From: an uncultured delta proteobacterium
GTDB lineage: Bacteria; Desulfobacterota; RBG-13-43-22
DNA length: 64,000 nt
Assembly: GCA_963843145.1 (NCBI GenBank)
Contig: CAWJJC010000020.1
Location: 101,398-165,397 of the forward strand
Direction of reading: 5' to 3'
A model generated the notes under the pieces. It saw nothing but the letters and a program-made list of their open reading frames with translations, did no database searches and was not told where the DNA came from. The translations under genes were made by a program, and so were the position numbers. This document shows positions 47,132-55,035 of the stretch, one piece after another (the stretch's first letter is position 1; every line of letters begins with the position of its first letter).

Positions 47132-47886
47132 AGAAACAAAAACTGTTCGGCGCCCTTTTGGGTGTGCTGCTCTTCGATTTAACGTTTCCTTTGGACAGCG
47201 CCCGGGCCATGCATATTTCCGAAGGAATTCTGCCCTTTTCCTGGGCCGTCTTCTGGTTTCTGGCCGCTATCCCCTTTGTCGGCTATGGCCTTTACCGACT
47301 GAAAAAAATTTCTCGGACAGACCTGTCTTTCAAACCCCTGGTAGGGCTTTTGGCCGCCTTTGTTTTTATCATTTCCTGTATGCCGGTGCCCGTACCCACG
47401 GCCGGAACCTGTTCCCATCCCTGTGGGACCGGGTTATCGGCGATTTTGGTGGGCCCCGGCATCAGTATCCTGATTGCCGCCGTGGCCCTCCTGATCCAGG
47501 CCCTGTTTTTGGCCCATGGCGGATTAAGCACGCTGGGAGCGAATATAATGGCGATGGGAGTGCTGGGGTCTCTGGTCGGCTTTTTTACTTTCCGCATCTT
47601 AAGAACGTTTAAGGCCAGCCTGGCGGTGGCCGGTTTCTTAGCCGGATTACTGGCCGATTGGGCCACCTACGCCACGACCTCTTTCATCCTGACCCTGGGG
47701 ATTCGAGGAGATGCTTCTTTCTCCTCCATTTTCACTAAAATCCTGATCGCCTTTATTCCCACCCAGTTGCCCCTCGGTCTCCTGGAAGGGGCGATGACGG
47801 CCGGCATGGTTATCCTACTCTCCAAAAAACGCCCCGACCTGTTAATCAAAATGAGGGTCTTGAAATCATCGGAGGCGCTGGTATGA
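47128..47886 (+). CDS. cbiM: cobalt ECF transporter substrate-capture component
   Basis: Start set at ATG 47128 (ATGA overlap with cbiX). A signal-like leader is followed by the conserved MHISEGILP mature N-terminus. Confidence 0.9.
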   Translation: MKKQKLFGALLGVLLFDLTFPLDSARAMHISEGILPFSWAVFWFLAAIPFVGYGLYRLKKISRTDLSFKPLVGLLAAFVFIISCMPVPVPTAGTCSHPCGTGLSAILVGPGISILIAAVALLIQALFLAHGGLSTLGANIMAMGVLGSLVGFFTFRILRTFKASLAVAGFLAGLLADWATYATTSFILTLGIRGDASFSSIFTKILIAFIPTQLPLGLLEGAMTAGMVILLSKKRPDLLIKMRVLKSSEALV

Positions 47887-48212
47887 AAACTTCCGCCCGG
47901 AGAACGATGGTCTGGCTGGTATTCTTTTTTCTTAGCCTCTACCCCTTCTATGCCTTGGCTGTGGAAAAAAACGGGAAATGGTCCGGCATCGATGAGTCGG
48001 TGGTTGAAAAAATTGCCAAGGAGCATGGGCGCGAGGCCCGGGAACCGATCATTAATACCGATCAAGGTGACCTGCTGCTGTTCGTCTTCCTTCTGGCCGG
48101 GGCCGTGGGCGGATTTGTGGCCGGCTATTACTGGAGAAGGCTGATCACTGAAAAAGCGCCTCTCACCAACCGGGCCGAGGGCCCTAAAGGATCCCGGGGG
48201 ACACTTCATTAA
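47883..48212 (+). CDS. cbiN: cobalt transport protein CbiN-like
   Basis: 109-aa two-TM ORF between cbiM and cbiQ with the C-terminal pattern ..GDLLLFVFLLAGAVGGFVAGYYW. Confidence 0.7.
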   Translation: MKTSARRTMVWLVFFFLSLYPFYALAVEKNGKWSGIDESVVEKIAKEHGREAREPIINTDQGDLLLFVFLLAGAVGGFVAGYYWRRLITEKAPLTNRAEGPKGSRGTLH

Positions 48213-48971
48213 ATGGAACTCTTCCCCGAATCCTTTCATCCGGATCACTGGCTTTCAAAAATCGACGCCCGGGTTAAACTTCCGGCCGCGGTCCTGGTTT
48301 TGATCATGATTTTGACCCAGCAGGGCTTTGCCTTCCCCTGGATAGTTACCGCCGCCGCCCTGCTCCTCCTGAACCGGATGAGGATACCCCTTAAGGTTTA
48401 CCTGCTGAGAATCGGCGAGCCGCTGCTCATTATTCTCATGTTGATTTTTTTAAAAACCTTCTTCACCGGTCGGGAAGTCTTTTATTCCCTGGACCTCTGG
48501 GGCTGGACCTTGACGGCCCATCAGGACGGCCTGTTGGAAGGACTTCGGATCGGCAGCCGGATCATCGGAGCCGTTTCCCTGGTGGTCCTGCTCAGTTTTT
48601 GCACTTCTTTCACCGATTTCATAGCCGGCCTCTCCTGGTTCAAGGTTCCCAAGGGCCTGATTGAGATTCTTCTCTTCGCCTACCGTTACATCTTCGTTCT
48701 TTTGGAAGAGGCCCAGGTGATCTACCTGGCCCAGAAAAACCGTTTCGGCTACTCCAGCCTGGCCCGGGGACTGAATTCTTTCGGGACCCTGACCGGCTCC
48801 CTGATCCTCCGGGTCTTTGAGCACAGCCAGAATGTCTCGGTTTCCATGATCCAACGGGGTTATGACGGGCACCTGCCCTCGATGAAACATAAATCCTTCA
48901 AAACGGCTGAAGTCCTTTGTTCCTGCCTGGTGCTGCTGGTCTTTGGAATCCTATGGCAGCTAACCCGATAA
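48213..48971 (+). CDS. cbiQ: ECF transporter transmembrane (T) component
   Basis: 252-aa polytopic ORF with the C-terminal ..A...RGY motif region. Its position and size fit CbiQ. Confidence 0.85.
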   Translation: MELFPESFHPDHWLSKIDARVKLPAAVLVLIMILTQQGFAFPWIVTAAALLLLNRMRIPLKVYLLRIGEPLLIILMLIFLKTFFTGREVFYSLDLWGWTLTAHQDGLLEGLRIGSRIIGAVSLVVLLSFCTSFTDFIAGLSWFKVPKGLIEILLFAYRYIFVLLEEAQVIYLAQKNRFGYSSLARGLNSFGTLTGSLILRVFEHSQNVSVSMIQRGYDGHLPSMKHKSFKTAEVLCSCLVLLVFGILWQLTR

Positions 48972-49837
48972 GGCTCCAGGCCCGGGAGGTATTCTACCAT
49001 TACCCGGACGGCACGGCGGCCCTGGGTCAGATCAACCTCTCTATCCACGATGGGGAGTTTATCGGCCTGTTGGGGGCCAATGGGTCCGGGAAAACCACGC
49101 TGCTTAAAGTTCTGGACGGCCTGATCCGGGATTTCAAGGGGACCGTCACCCTGGACGGGTCGAATATCAAAGCACTGACGGCCAAAGAAATCTACGGCCG
49201 GATGGGCATGGTCTTCCAAAACCCGGACGACCAGCTTTTCGCCTCCACGGTCTTTGAAGATGTGGCCTTCGGACCGATTAACATGGGCTTTCCGGAGCGG
49301 GAGGTGCGGACGCGGGTCGCCCGGGCCATGGCCGACGTGGAAATGGAAGGGTTCGCCAAAAAATCGATCCACCATCTCAGCTTTGGTCAAAAGAAAAGGA
49401 TCTGCATCGCCGGCCTGCTGGCCATGGGACATCAGATTCTGCTGCTAGATGAACCGACCGCCGGCCTGGACCCTATGGGCGAATATAAGATGATGAACCT
49501 GCTGACCAAGCTGAACCAGGAATCTCGGGTCACTATCGTCATGGCCACCCACAGCGTGGATCTGGTACCTATTTTCTTGGACCGGCTGTATATCCTGGTG
49601 CAGGGCCGGATTGTCCGTAGCGGTACTCCGGAAGAAGTCCTTACGGCGCCGGAAGAGATGACCCAGGTGAAACTCCGACTGCCTCAAATCGCGGAATTGA
49701 TTTATCGTCTGAAACACGAAGATCATCTGCCCTTTAAAAAAATCCCCTTGACCATCGGCGAGGCCCGCCGGGAGCTGCTGAGGCTGTTGGAAGACAAGGA
49801 GAAAGACCTAACCAAAAATTCAAATATTTTTGGTTAA
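48953..49837 (+). CDS. cbiO: ECF transporter ATPase component
   Basis: Start set at ATG 48953. Walker A GANGSGKTT, signature LSFGQKKR, Walker B LLLDEPT. Confidence 0.9.
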   Translation: MAANPIRLQAREVFYHYPDGTAALGQINLSIHDGEFIGLLGANGSGKTTLLKVLDGLIRDFKGTVTLDGSNIKALTAKEIYGRMGMVFQNPDDQLFASTVFEDVAFGPINMGFPEREVRTRVARAMADVEMEGFAKKSIHHLSFGQKKRICIAGLLAMGHQILLLDEPTAGLDPMGEYKMMNLLTKLNQESRVTIVMATHSVDLVPIFLDRLYILVQGRIVRSGTPEEVLTAPEEMTQVKLRLPQIAELIYRLKHEDHLPFKKIPLTIGEARRELLRLLEDKEKDLTKNSNIFG

Positions 49838-49996
49838 AATTCGAAACTCGAAATCCGAAATCCGAAACAAATTCAAATGATCAAATTTCAAAATCGAAAA
49901 GTTTTTGTTTTGAACATTTGAATTTTGGACCTTCGTGCTTGTTTCGGCCTGCGACGAGCTCAGCCGAGTCGATTTCGTGCTTCGGATTTCGAATTT
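49837..49996. repeat. cob-operon inverted-repeat element, copy 3
   Basis: It starts at the cbiO stop: AAATTCGAAACTCGAAATCCGAAATCCGAAACAAATTCAAATGATCAAA ... GATTTCGTGCTTCGGATTTCGAATTT. Confidence 0.9.
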
Positions 49997-50064
49997 ATAG
50001 GTCCTCTTGTTCAAATGTTGGTGATGAATTCTCAGATTGAAACCTAAACGGATCTAACCAAAGG

Positions 50065-51144
50065 ATGAGCACTCTTCGTTCAGGCTTTACCACCGGAACC
50101 TGCGCGGCCGCGGCCGCCAAGGCGGCGACGCTTCTTCTTCTGGGGGAAGTCTCGGTCACCAACGTAGAAATCGGTCTTCCCGACGGGGAACGGATTCGAT
50201 TCCCCGTGGTCTGGAGCCGGACGGATCAGGACTATGCCCAAGCCGCCGTGCGCAAAGACGCCGGAGACGACCCGGACATTACCCATCAGGCGGTGATCAA
50301 AGCCCGGGTGGATTGGAAGGAGGGAGCGGAAATTGAATTTCAGGCCGGGGAAGGGGTCGGGATTGTTACCAAGCCGGGATTAGCCATTCCCCCCGGGGAG
50401 GCGGCCATCAATCCGGTTCCCCGGCGGATGATCCGGGATGCGGTTCGCGAAGTCACCGACCGAGCCGTCCGCGTCACCGTATCCATCCCCGACGGGAAAG
50501 CCCTGGCCGCCAAAACCTTTAACCCCAAATTGGGGGTGCAGGGCGGTTTATCCATCCTGGGGACGACCGGGAGGGTCAGGCCGTTCAGTTGTCCGGCCCT
50601 GCAGGAATCGCTGCGCTGCGCCCTGCAGGTGGCCCTGGCCCTGGGCCTGAAAGACCTGGTCTTTGTGCCCGGCCATATCGGGGAAAAGGCGGCCCACAGG
50701 CATTTTGCCCTCCGCCCGGAGCAGGTCATCGAGGTTAGCAACGAGTGGGGCTACATGCTGGGGCAGGCCATTCGTGAAAAGGTCCCCCGGCTGCTGGTGC
50801 TGGGGCATCCCGGGAAACTGGTTAAGCTGGCCGAAGGGATGTGGGACACCCATTCGGGCCGATCCGGAAGCGCCCTGCCTCTGGTGGAAAAAATCGCCGC
50901 CGATCATTTTTCCAGACCCCTTCCGGAAGCCAACACAGTGGAGGGCTTTCTGGCCGCCTGGCCGGAGGGGACCCGAGGGGAACTGGCGGAAAGGTTGGCC
51001 CGGCGGGTGCATCGGGCGGTAGAAAAATTTACCGGGCAACAAATCCATGTCGCCGTGGTCCTAGTCAACCTCAAAGGAGACCGTCTGGGCAGCGCGGGAG
51101 ATTTAACCCCATGGGCCATGAACCTTACCCCATCGTCATCGTAG
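50065..51144 (+). CDS. cbiD: cobalt-precorrin-5B (C1)-methyltransferase
   Basis: 359-aa ORF starting ..LRSGFTTGTCAAAAAKAA, the CbiD hallmark. Confidence 0.9.
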   Translation: MSTLRSGFTTGTCAAAAAKAATLLLLGEVSVTNVEIGLPDGERIRFPVVWSRTDQDYAQAAVRKDAGDDPDITHQAVIKARVDWKEGAEIEFQAGEGVGIVTKPGLAIPPGEAAINPVPRRMIRDAVREVTDRAVRVTVSIPDGKALAAKTFNPKLGVQGGLSILGTTGRVRPFSCPALQESLRCALQVALALGLKDLVFVPGHIGEKAAHRHFALRPEQVIEVSNEWGYMLGQAIREKVPRLLVLGHPGKLVKLAEGMWDTHSGRSGSALPLVEKIAADHFSRPLPEANTVEGFLAAWPEGTRGELAERLARRVHRAVEKFTGQQIHVAVVLVNLKGDRLGSAGDLTPWAMNLTPSSS

Positions 51145-51740
51145 GCTGCGGCCCGGGTTCTCCGAAATACCTGACGGCGGCGGCCATCCGGGCCGTTCAG
51201 GAGGCGGAAGTGCTGGTGGGTGCCCGGCGATTGCTGGATCTTTTTCCCGAACACCCGGGTGAACGAATTCTGATGGAAGCTCACACCGAAAAAGTGTTGG
51301 TCGCCATCGGTCAGCAACCGGGGAAAAAAATCGCCGTGCTGGTTACCGGAGACCCCGGGTTGGCCAGCCTGGCCCAACCGATCCTGAAACGCTTCGGCCG
51401 GAGCCGTTGCCGGGTGATCCCCGGGGTCAGTTCCCTTCAGGCGGCCTTTGCTCGTTTGGGACTGGATTGGCTGGGGGTCCGGATCATTGATGCCCATGGG
51501 AAAGACCCTTCGGTTCACCTGAAAACGTTGGAGGGTATAAACAAAATCGCTGTTTTGGGAGGTCGACAGGACTCCCTCGCCTGGATTCTTCAGGAGATCT
51601 CGGCTCTGGGTGATGATTTTAGGCTCTGGGCCTGCGAGGACTTGACCCTCGAGACCGAACGGATCCGGGAACTGGACCCGCGGACCTCTGCCGGGTTGGC
51701 GTTATCCTCGCGAACGATTTTTATCTTGGTGCGGAAATAA
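51111..51740 (+). CDS. cbiE: cobalt-precorrin-7 (C5)-methyltransferase, stand-alone CbiE
   Basis: Start set at ATG 51111 (..IVIVGCGPGSPKYLT..). 209 aa, so a CbiE-only length with no CbiT domain. Confidence 0.8.
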   Translation: MGHEPYPIVIVGCGPGSPKYLTAAAIRAVQEAEVLVGARRLLDLFPEHPGERILMEAHTEKVLVAIGQQPGKKIAVLVTGDPGLASLAQPILKRFGRSRCRVIPGVSSLQAAFARLGLDWLGVRIIDAHGKDPSVHLKTLEGINKIAVLGGRQDSLAWILQEISALGDDFRLWACEDLTLETERIRELDPRTSAGLALSSRTIFILVRK

Positions 51741-51759
51741 AAAAACTAGGACCGGTACT

Positions 51760-52575
51760 ATGAAATTAGGAACCATTTACGGGATCGGTGTAGGACCCGG
51801 CGACCCCGAACTGATTACTTTGAAAGGGGCCAACGTACTGAAGAAGTGCCGACAGGTCTTTGTCCCCAAGGCCCGTGGGGAGGGGGACAGCGCGGCCCTG
51901 TCCATTGCCGGGGCCTATCTGCGGGACGACGCTGAAATCCATGAGCTGGTTTTTCCCATGATCACGGATCCGGTGGAGCTGGCCCGCCGCTGGGAAGAAT
52001 CAGCCGGGCAGGTGGCCGCCGCGCTTCAAGTCGGGGAAGACGCCTGCTTCCTAACCCTGGGGGACCCGCTGCTCTATTCCACGTATATTTATCTTCTCCG
52101 GGCCCTGCGGAAGCTCCTGCCCGAGACGCAGGCGGTGACTGTTCCGGGGATTACGGCCTTCAGCGCCGCCGCGGCCCTGACCGATTTTCCCATCGGCGAA
52201 GCCAAGGAACCGGTTACCATCGTCCCTACGGCGGACGACCTGCAGGCCCTGGAAGAAGCCCTGGACCGGGGCGGCACGGTGGTCTTGATGAAGATCGGCA
52301 AACGGCTGGTCAAGATCCTGGACCTGCTGGAGAATAAAAAGCTGCTGGGCCAAGCCGTATTTGTGTCCCGGGCCGGACAGCCCGACCAGCGCTTGGAAAC
52401 GGACCTGCGCAAACTGCGGGCCGAAGGACCGGAAGCCGGTTACCTGTCCATTATTTTGGTTCATGCCGGAAAAGGCAAATTCGAAACTCGAAATCGAAAT
52501 CCGAAACAAATTCAAATGACCAAAACTCGAAATTCAAAACCCTTGGTTCATAAACCTCAGCGACCCACCAGTTGA
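51760..52575 (+). CDS. cbiL: cobalt-factor II C20-methyltransferase, with a C-terminal tail read from a repeat element
   Basis: ..IYGIGVGPGDPELITLKG.. The last ~32 codons (..KFETRNRNPKQIQMTKTRNSKPLVHKPQRPTS*) lie inside repeat copy 4. Confidence 0.85.
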   Translation: MKLGTIYGIGVGPGDPELITLKGANVLKKCRQVFVPKARGEGDSAALSIAGAYLRDDAEIHELVFPMITDPVELARRWEESAGQVAAALQVGEDACFLTLGDPLLYSTYIYLLRALRKLLPETQAVTVPGITAFSAAAALTDFPIGEAKEPVTIVPTADDLQALEEALDRGGTVVLMKIGKRLVKILDLLENKKLLGQAVFVSRAGQPDQRLETDLRKLRAEGPEAGYLSIILVHAGKGKFETRNRNPKQIQMTKTRNSKPLVHKPQRPTS

Positions 52576-52682
52576 GGCATACCATTCTTTCTATTTCTGT
52601 TCCGGAAGGGGAAGTCGTTTCGGACATTTGAATTTTGAACATTGTTATTTGTTTCGGATTTCGTGCTTCGAATTTCGAATTT
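52477..52682. repeat. cob-operon inverted-repeat element, copy 4 (longest, with a unique central segment)
   Basis: AAATTCGAAACTCGAAATCGAAATCCGAAACAAATTCAAATGACCAAAACTCGAAATTCAAAAC ... GTTTCGGACATTTGAATTTTGAAC..TTTGTTTCGGATTTCGTGCTTCGAATTTCGAATTT. Confidence 0.9.
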
Positions 52683-52706
52683 AAACTCAACATAGGCTGT
52701 AAAATT

Positions 52707-53465
52707 ATGAAGGTTTACTTTGTCGGCGCCGGGCCCGGAGACCCGGAATTATTGACCCTCAAAGCGGACCGGATACTCCGGGGCTGCCGCTGTTGCATCT
52801 ATGCCGGTTCCCTCATCAACCCGGAGATACTGAAACGCTTGCCGGAAGAGGCCGAACGCTATGATTCAGCCAAAATGGACCTTCCGGAAATCATTAAAAT
52901 CATCGAACAGGCCCGGACCCGGGGAAACGATGTGGTCCGGCTTCATTCCGGCGATCCCTCGATCTATGGCGCCATCCGGGAGCAGATGAACGAACTGGAC
53001 TTTCGAGGTATTCCTTACGAAGTGGTCCCCGGGGTCAGCTCCTTTCAGGCGGCGGCCGCGGCCCTGCCCGCCGAACTGACTGCTCCGGAGGTCTCCCAGA
53101 CCATCATCCTGACCCGCACTTCCGGCCGCACCCCGGTTCCCGAAAAACAGCAACTCCAGGAATTGGCCCGTTCCCAGGCGACCCTCTGCATCTTTCTGTC
53201 GGTAGATCGTTTAGCCGAGATCACCGCCGAGCTGATCCCCCATTATGGCGCTGATGGCCCGGCGGCTGTGGTCTACCGGGCCTCCTGGCCGGACCAAAAA
53301 GTGATCCGGGGGACTTTGGCCGATATCGCCGGTCAGGTCGAAAAGGCCGGCATTAAAAAGACCGCCTTGATTATCGTGGGTCAAGCCCTTTCCCGCCGTA
53401 TCCCGGCCTCCAAGTTGTATGACCAGGCCTTTTCCCACGGCTATCGAAAGGCCCGGCCGGAATGA
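52707..53465 (+). CDS. cbiF: cobalt-precorrin-4 C11-methyltransferase
   Basis: Start set at ATG 52707 (MKVYFVGAGPGDPELLTLKA..). The longer listed ORF start lies in the repeat. Confidence 0.9.
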   Translation: MKVYFVGAGPGDPELLTLKADRILRGCRCCIYAGSLINPEILKRLPEEAERYDSAKMDLPEIIKIIEQARTRGNDVVRLHSGDPSIYGAIREQMNELDFRGIPYEVVPGVSSFQAAAAALPAELTAPEVSQTIILTRTSGRTPVPEKQQLQELARSQATLCIFLSVDRLAEITAELIPHYGADGPAAVVYRASWPDQKVIRGTLADIAGQVEKAGIKKTALIIVGQALSRRIPASKLYDQAFSHGYRKARPE

Positions 53466-54235
53466 GGCTGGCCCTGATCAGCCTTTCCAACGAAGGGGCG
53501 CTGCTCCTTACCCGGCTGGCCCGTCATTTTCCCGAGTCCCGCATTTTTCTTCATGACAAATGCCGCTCCGACCATTCCGGAGAACGGTTCGGACAGATCA
53601 CCGAATTGACCCGAAAAATATTCTGGGAGTATCCGGGACTGGTTTTTGCCGTCCCCACGGGGGTGGCGGTCCGGGCCATCGCCCCTTGGATCAAACATAA
53701 GAAAAAAGATCCGGCCGTAGTGGTCCTGGATGCGGTCGGGCGGTTCGCCATCAGCCTGCTCTCCGGGCACGAAGGCGGAGCCAATGCGTTAGCCCTGACC
53801 GTGGGGAACATTCTCGGCGCCGAGCCGGTCATCACCACTACCACCGAGGCCCTCAAGACGGTGATCGTCGGCGTGGGCTGCCGCCGGGGCGCCCCGGCCA
53901 AAACAATCCTGGAGGCGGTCGAGGCGGCCCTTCAGGAAGCCGGAATCGACAAGGAAGAGGTACGCTGGCTGGCTTCGGCGGATATCAAGGCCGAAGAGGC
54001 CGGGCTCATTCAGGCGGCTGGGACCCTGGGGATTCCCTACCGGCTGGTCGACTCGGAGGAAATCCGCTTGTCCATTCGACCTTTCCGGCATTCCGAATTT
54101 GTGCGCCAAAAAGTAAACTTGCCCGCCGTGGCCGAGGCCTCGGCCCTGCTGGCAGGAAGGAGGACCCGATTAATACTGCCCAAGAAGATATTCAACGGGG
54201 TAACCGTGGCCCTGGCCCGGGAAAACTTTTTGTAG
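53462..54235 (+). CDS. cbiG: cobalt-precorrin-5A hydrolase
   Basis: 257-aa ORF with CbiG N-terminal (..AVPTGVAVRAIAP..KDPAVVV.D..G.F.ISLLSGHEGGAN) and C-terminal (..GVGCRRG..) domains. Confidence 0.8.
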   Translation: MRLALISLSNEGALLLTRLARHFPESRIFLHDKCRSDHSGERFGQITELTRKIFWEYPGLVFAVPTGVAVRAIAPWIKHKKKDPAVVVLDAVGRFAISLLSGHEGGANALALTVGNILGAEPVITTTTEALKTVIVGVGCRRGAPAKTILEAVEAALQEAGIDKEEVRWLASADIKAEEAGLIQAAGTLGIPYRLVDSEEIRLSIRPFRHSEFVRQKVNLPAVAEASALLAGRRTRLILPKKIFNGVTVALARENFL

Positions 54236-54258
54236 TCGGTATCGGCCCCGGGGGACCG

Positions 54259-54948
54259 TTGGATCGAACTCGGAGGGCCGAACGGGCCATCGAGGAAAGT
54301 CAGGTAATCGCCGGCTATTCCCGCTATCTGGAACTGATTGCCGATCTGACGAAAGGGAAAAAATTAGTATCTTCCGGAATGCGTCAGGAGACCGAACGCT
54401 GCCGGAAGGCCCTGGAATTAGCACGATCCGGCGAAACCGTAGCCCTGGTTTCCTCCGGGGACCCGGGAATTTACGGCATGGCCGGACTGGCCCTGGAGCT
54501 GGCCGCCGCCGAGGGAAGCTCCGTCTCCATCGAGGTAATTCCTGGGATCACGGCCTCCAGCGCGGCCGCCGCCCGTCTGGGAGCGCCGCTCATGTTGGAT
54601 TACGCCGTCATCAGCTTGAGCGATCTGCTGGTGCCCTGGGAGACCATCCGGATGCGCCTGGAAGCCGTGGCGGCTGCCGACCTGGTCACGGTCCTCTATA
54701 ATCCCAGGAGCAAGAAACGGGTGAAGCAATTGGAAGAGGCCGTGGCCATCTTCGCCCGTCACCGGCCGGGAACCACCCCGGTGGGCATCGGCACCGCGGT
54801 GGGCACGGAAGAGGAACAGATCGTCCTGACCGATCTGGCTCAAGTCCTGGAAAAGGAAATCGGCATGCGCAGCCTGGTCATCATCGGCAACCGATCCTCC
54901 AGGAAAGTCTTGGACTGGTTCATCACCCCGAGGGGATATAAAGTCTAA
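54259..54948 (+). CDS. cbiH: cobalt-factor III C17-methyltransferase; the listed TTG start cuts off the conserved N-terminus
   Basis: ..IAGYSRYLELI..SSGDPGIYGMAG.. The same frame upstream (54226..54258) encodes LFVVGIGPGGP, the SAM-binding loop, with no start codon available. Confidence 0.75.
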   Translation: MDRTRRAERAIEESQVIAGYSRYLELIADLTKGKKLVSSGMRQETERCRKALELARSGETVALVSSGDPGIYGMAGLALELAAAEGSSVSIEVIPGITASSAAAARLGAPLMLDYAVISLSDLLVPWETIRMRLEAVAAADLVTVLYNPRSKKRVKQLEEAVAIFARHRPGTTPVGIGTAVGTEEEQIVLTDLAQVLEKEIGMRSLVIIGNRSSRKVLDWFITPRGYKV

Positions 54949-54950
54949 AA

Positions 54951-55033
54951 CCGTTTATTTCGTTGATTTGGTTGATTTCGTTTCTTTCGTTTCAACCAGA
55001 CAACCCAATCAACCCAAAAAACCAAACCAACGG
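54951..55033. repeat. imperfect T-rich/A-C-rich inverted repeat at the cbiH-cbiJ junction
   Basis: CCGTTTATTTCGTTGATTTGGTTGATTTCGTTTC ... CAACCCAATCAACCCAAAAAACCAAACCAACGG. The arms are partly complementary (with G-U pairs) and roughly heptamer-periodic. Confidence 0.5.
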
Positions 55034-55035
55034 GT

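Noticed and set aside
43585-52682. Whether the heptamer-rich intergenic repeats could be CRISPR arrays.
   Set aside because: There is no regular repeat-spacer-repeat organisation. The repeats are inverted arms of single elements separated by kilobases of coding sequence, and no cas genes are present.
40892-52706. The long N-terminal extensions offered by the ORF track for cobDQ (40892), cobO (43625), cbiC (45516), cbiM (46981), cbiO (48917), cbiE (50841) and cbiF (52635).
   Set aside because: The extensions run through repeat elements or through the 3' ends of upstream genes in another frame and are compositionally aberrant. Internal ATGs that overlap or abut the upstream stops give canonical family N-termini.
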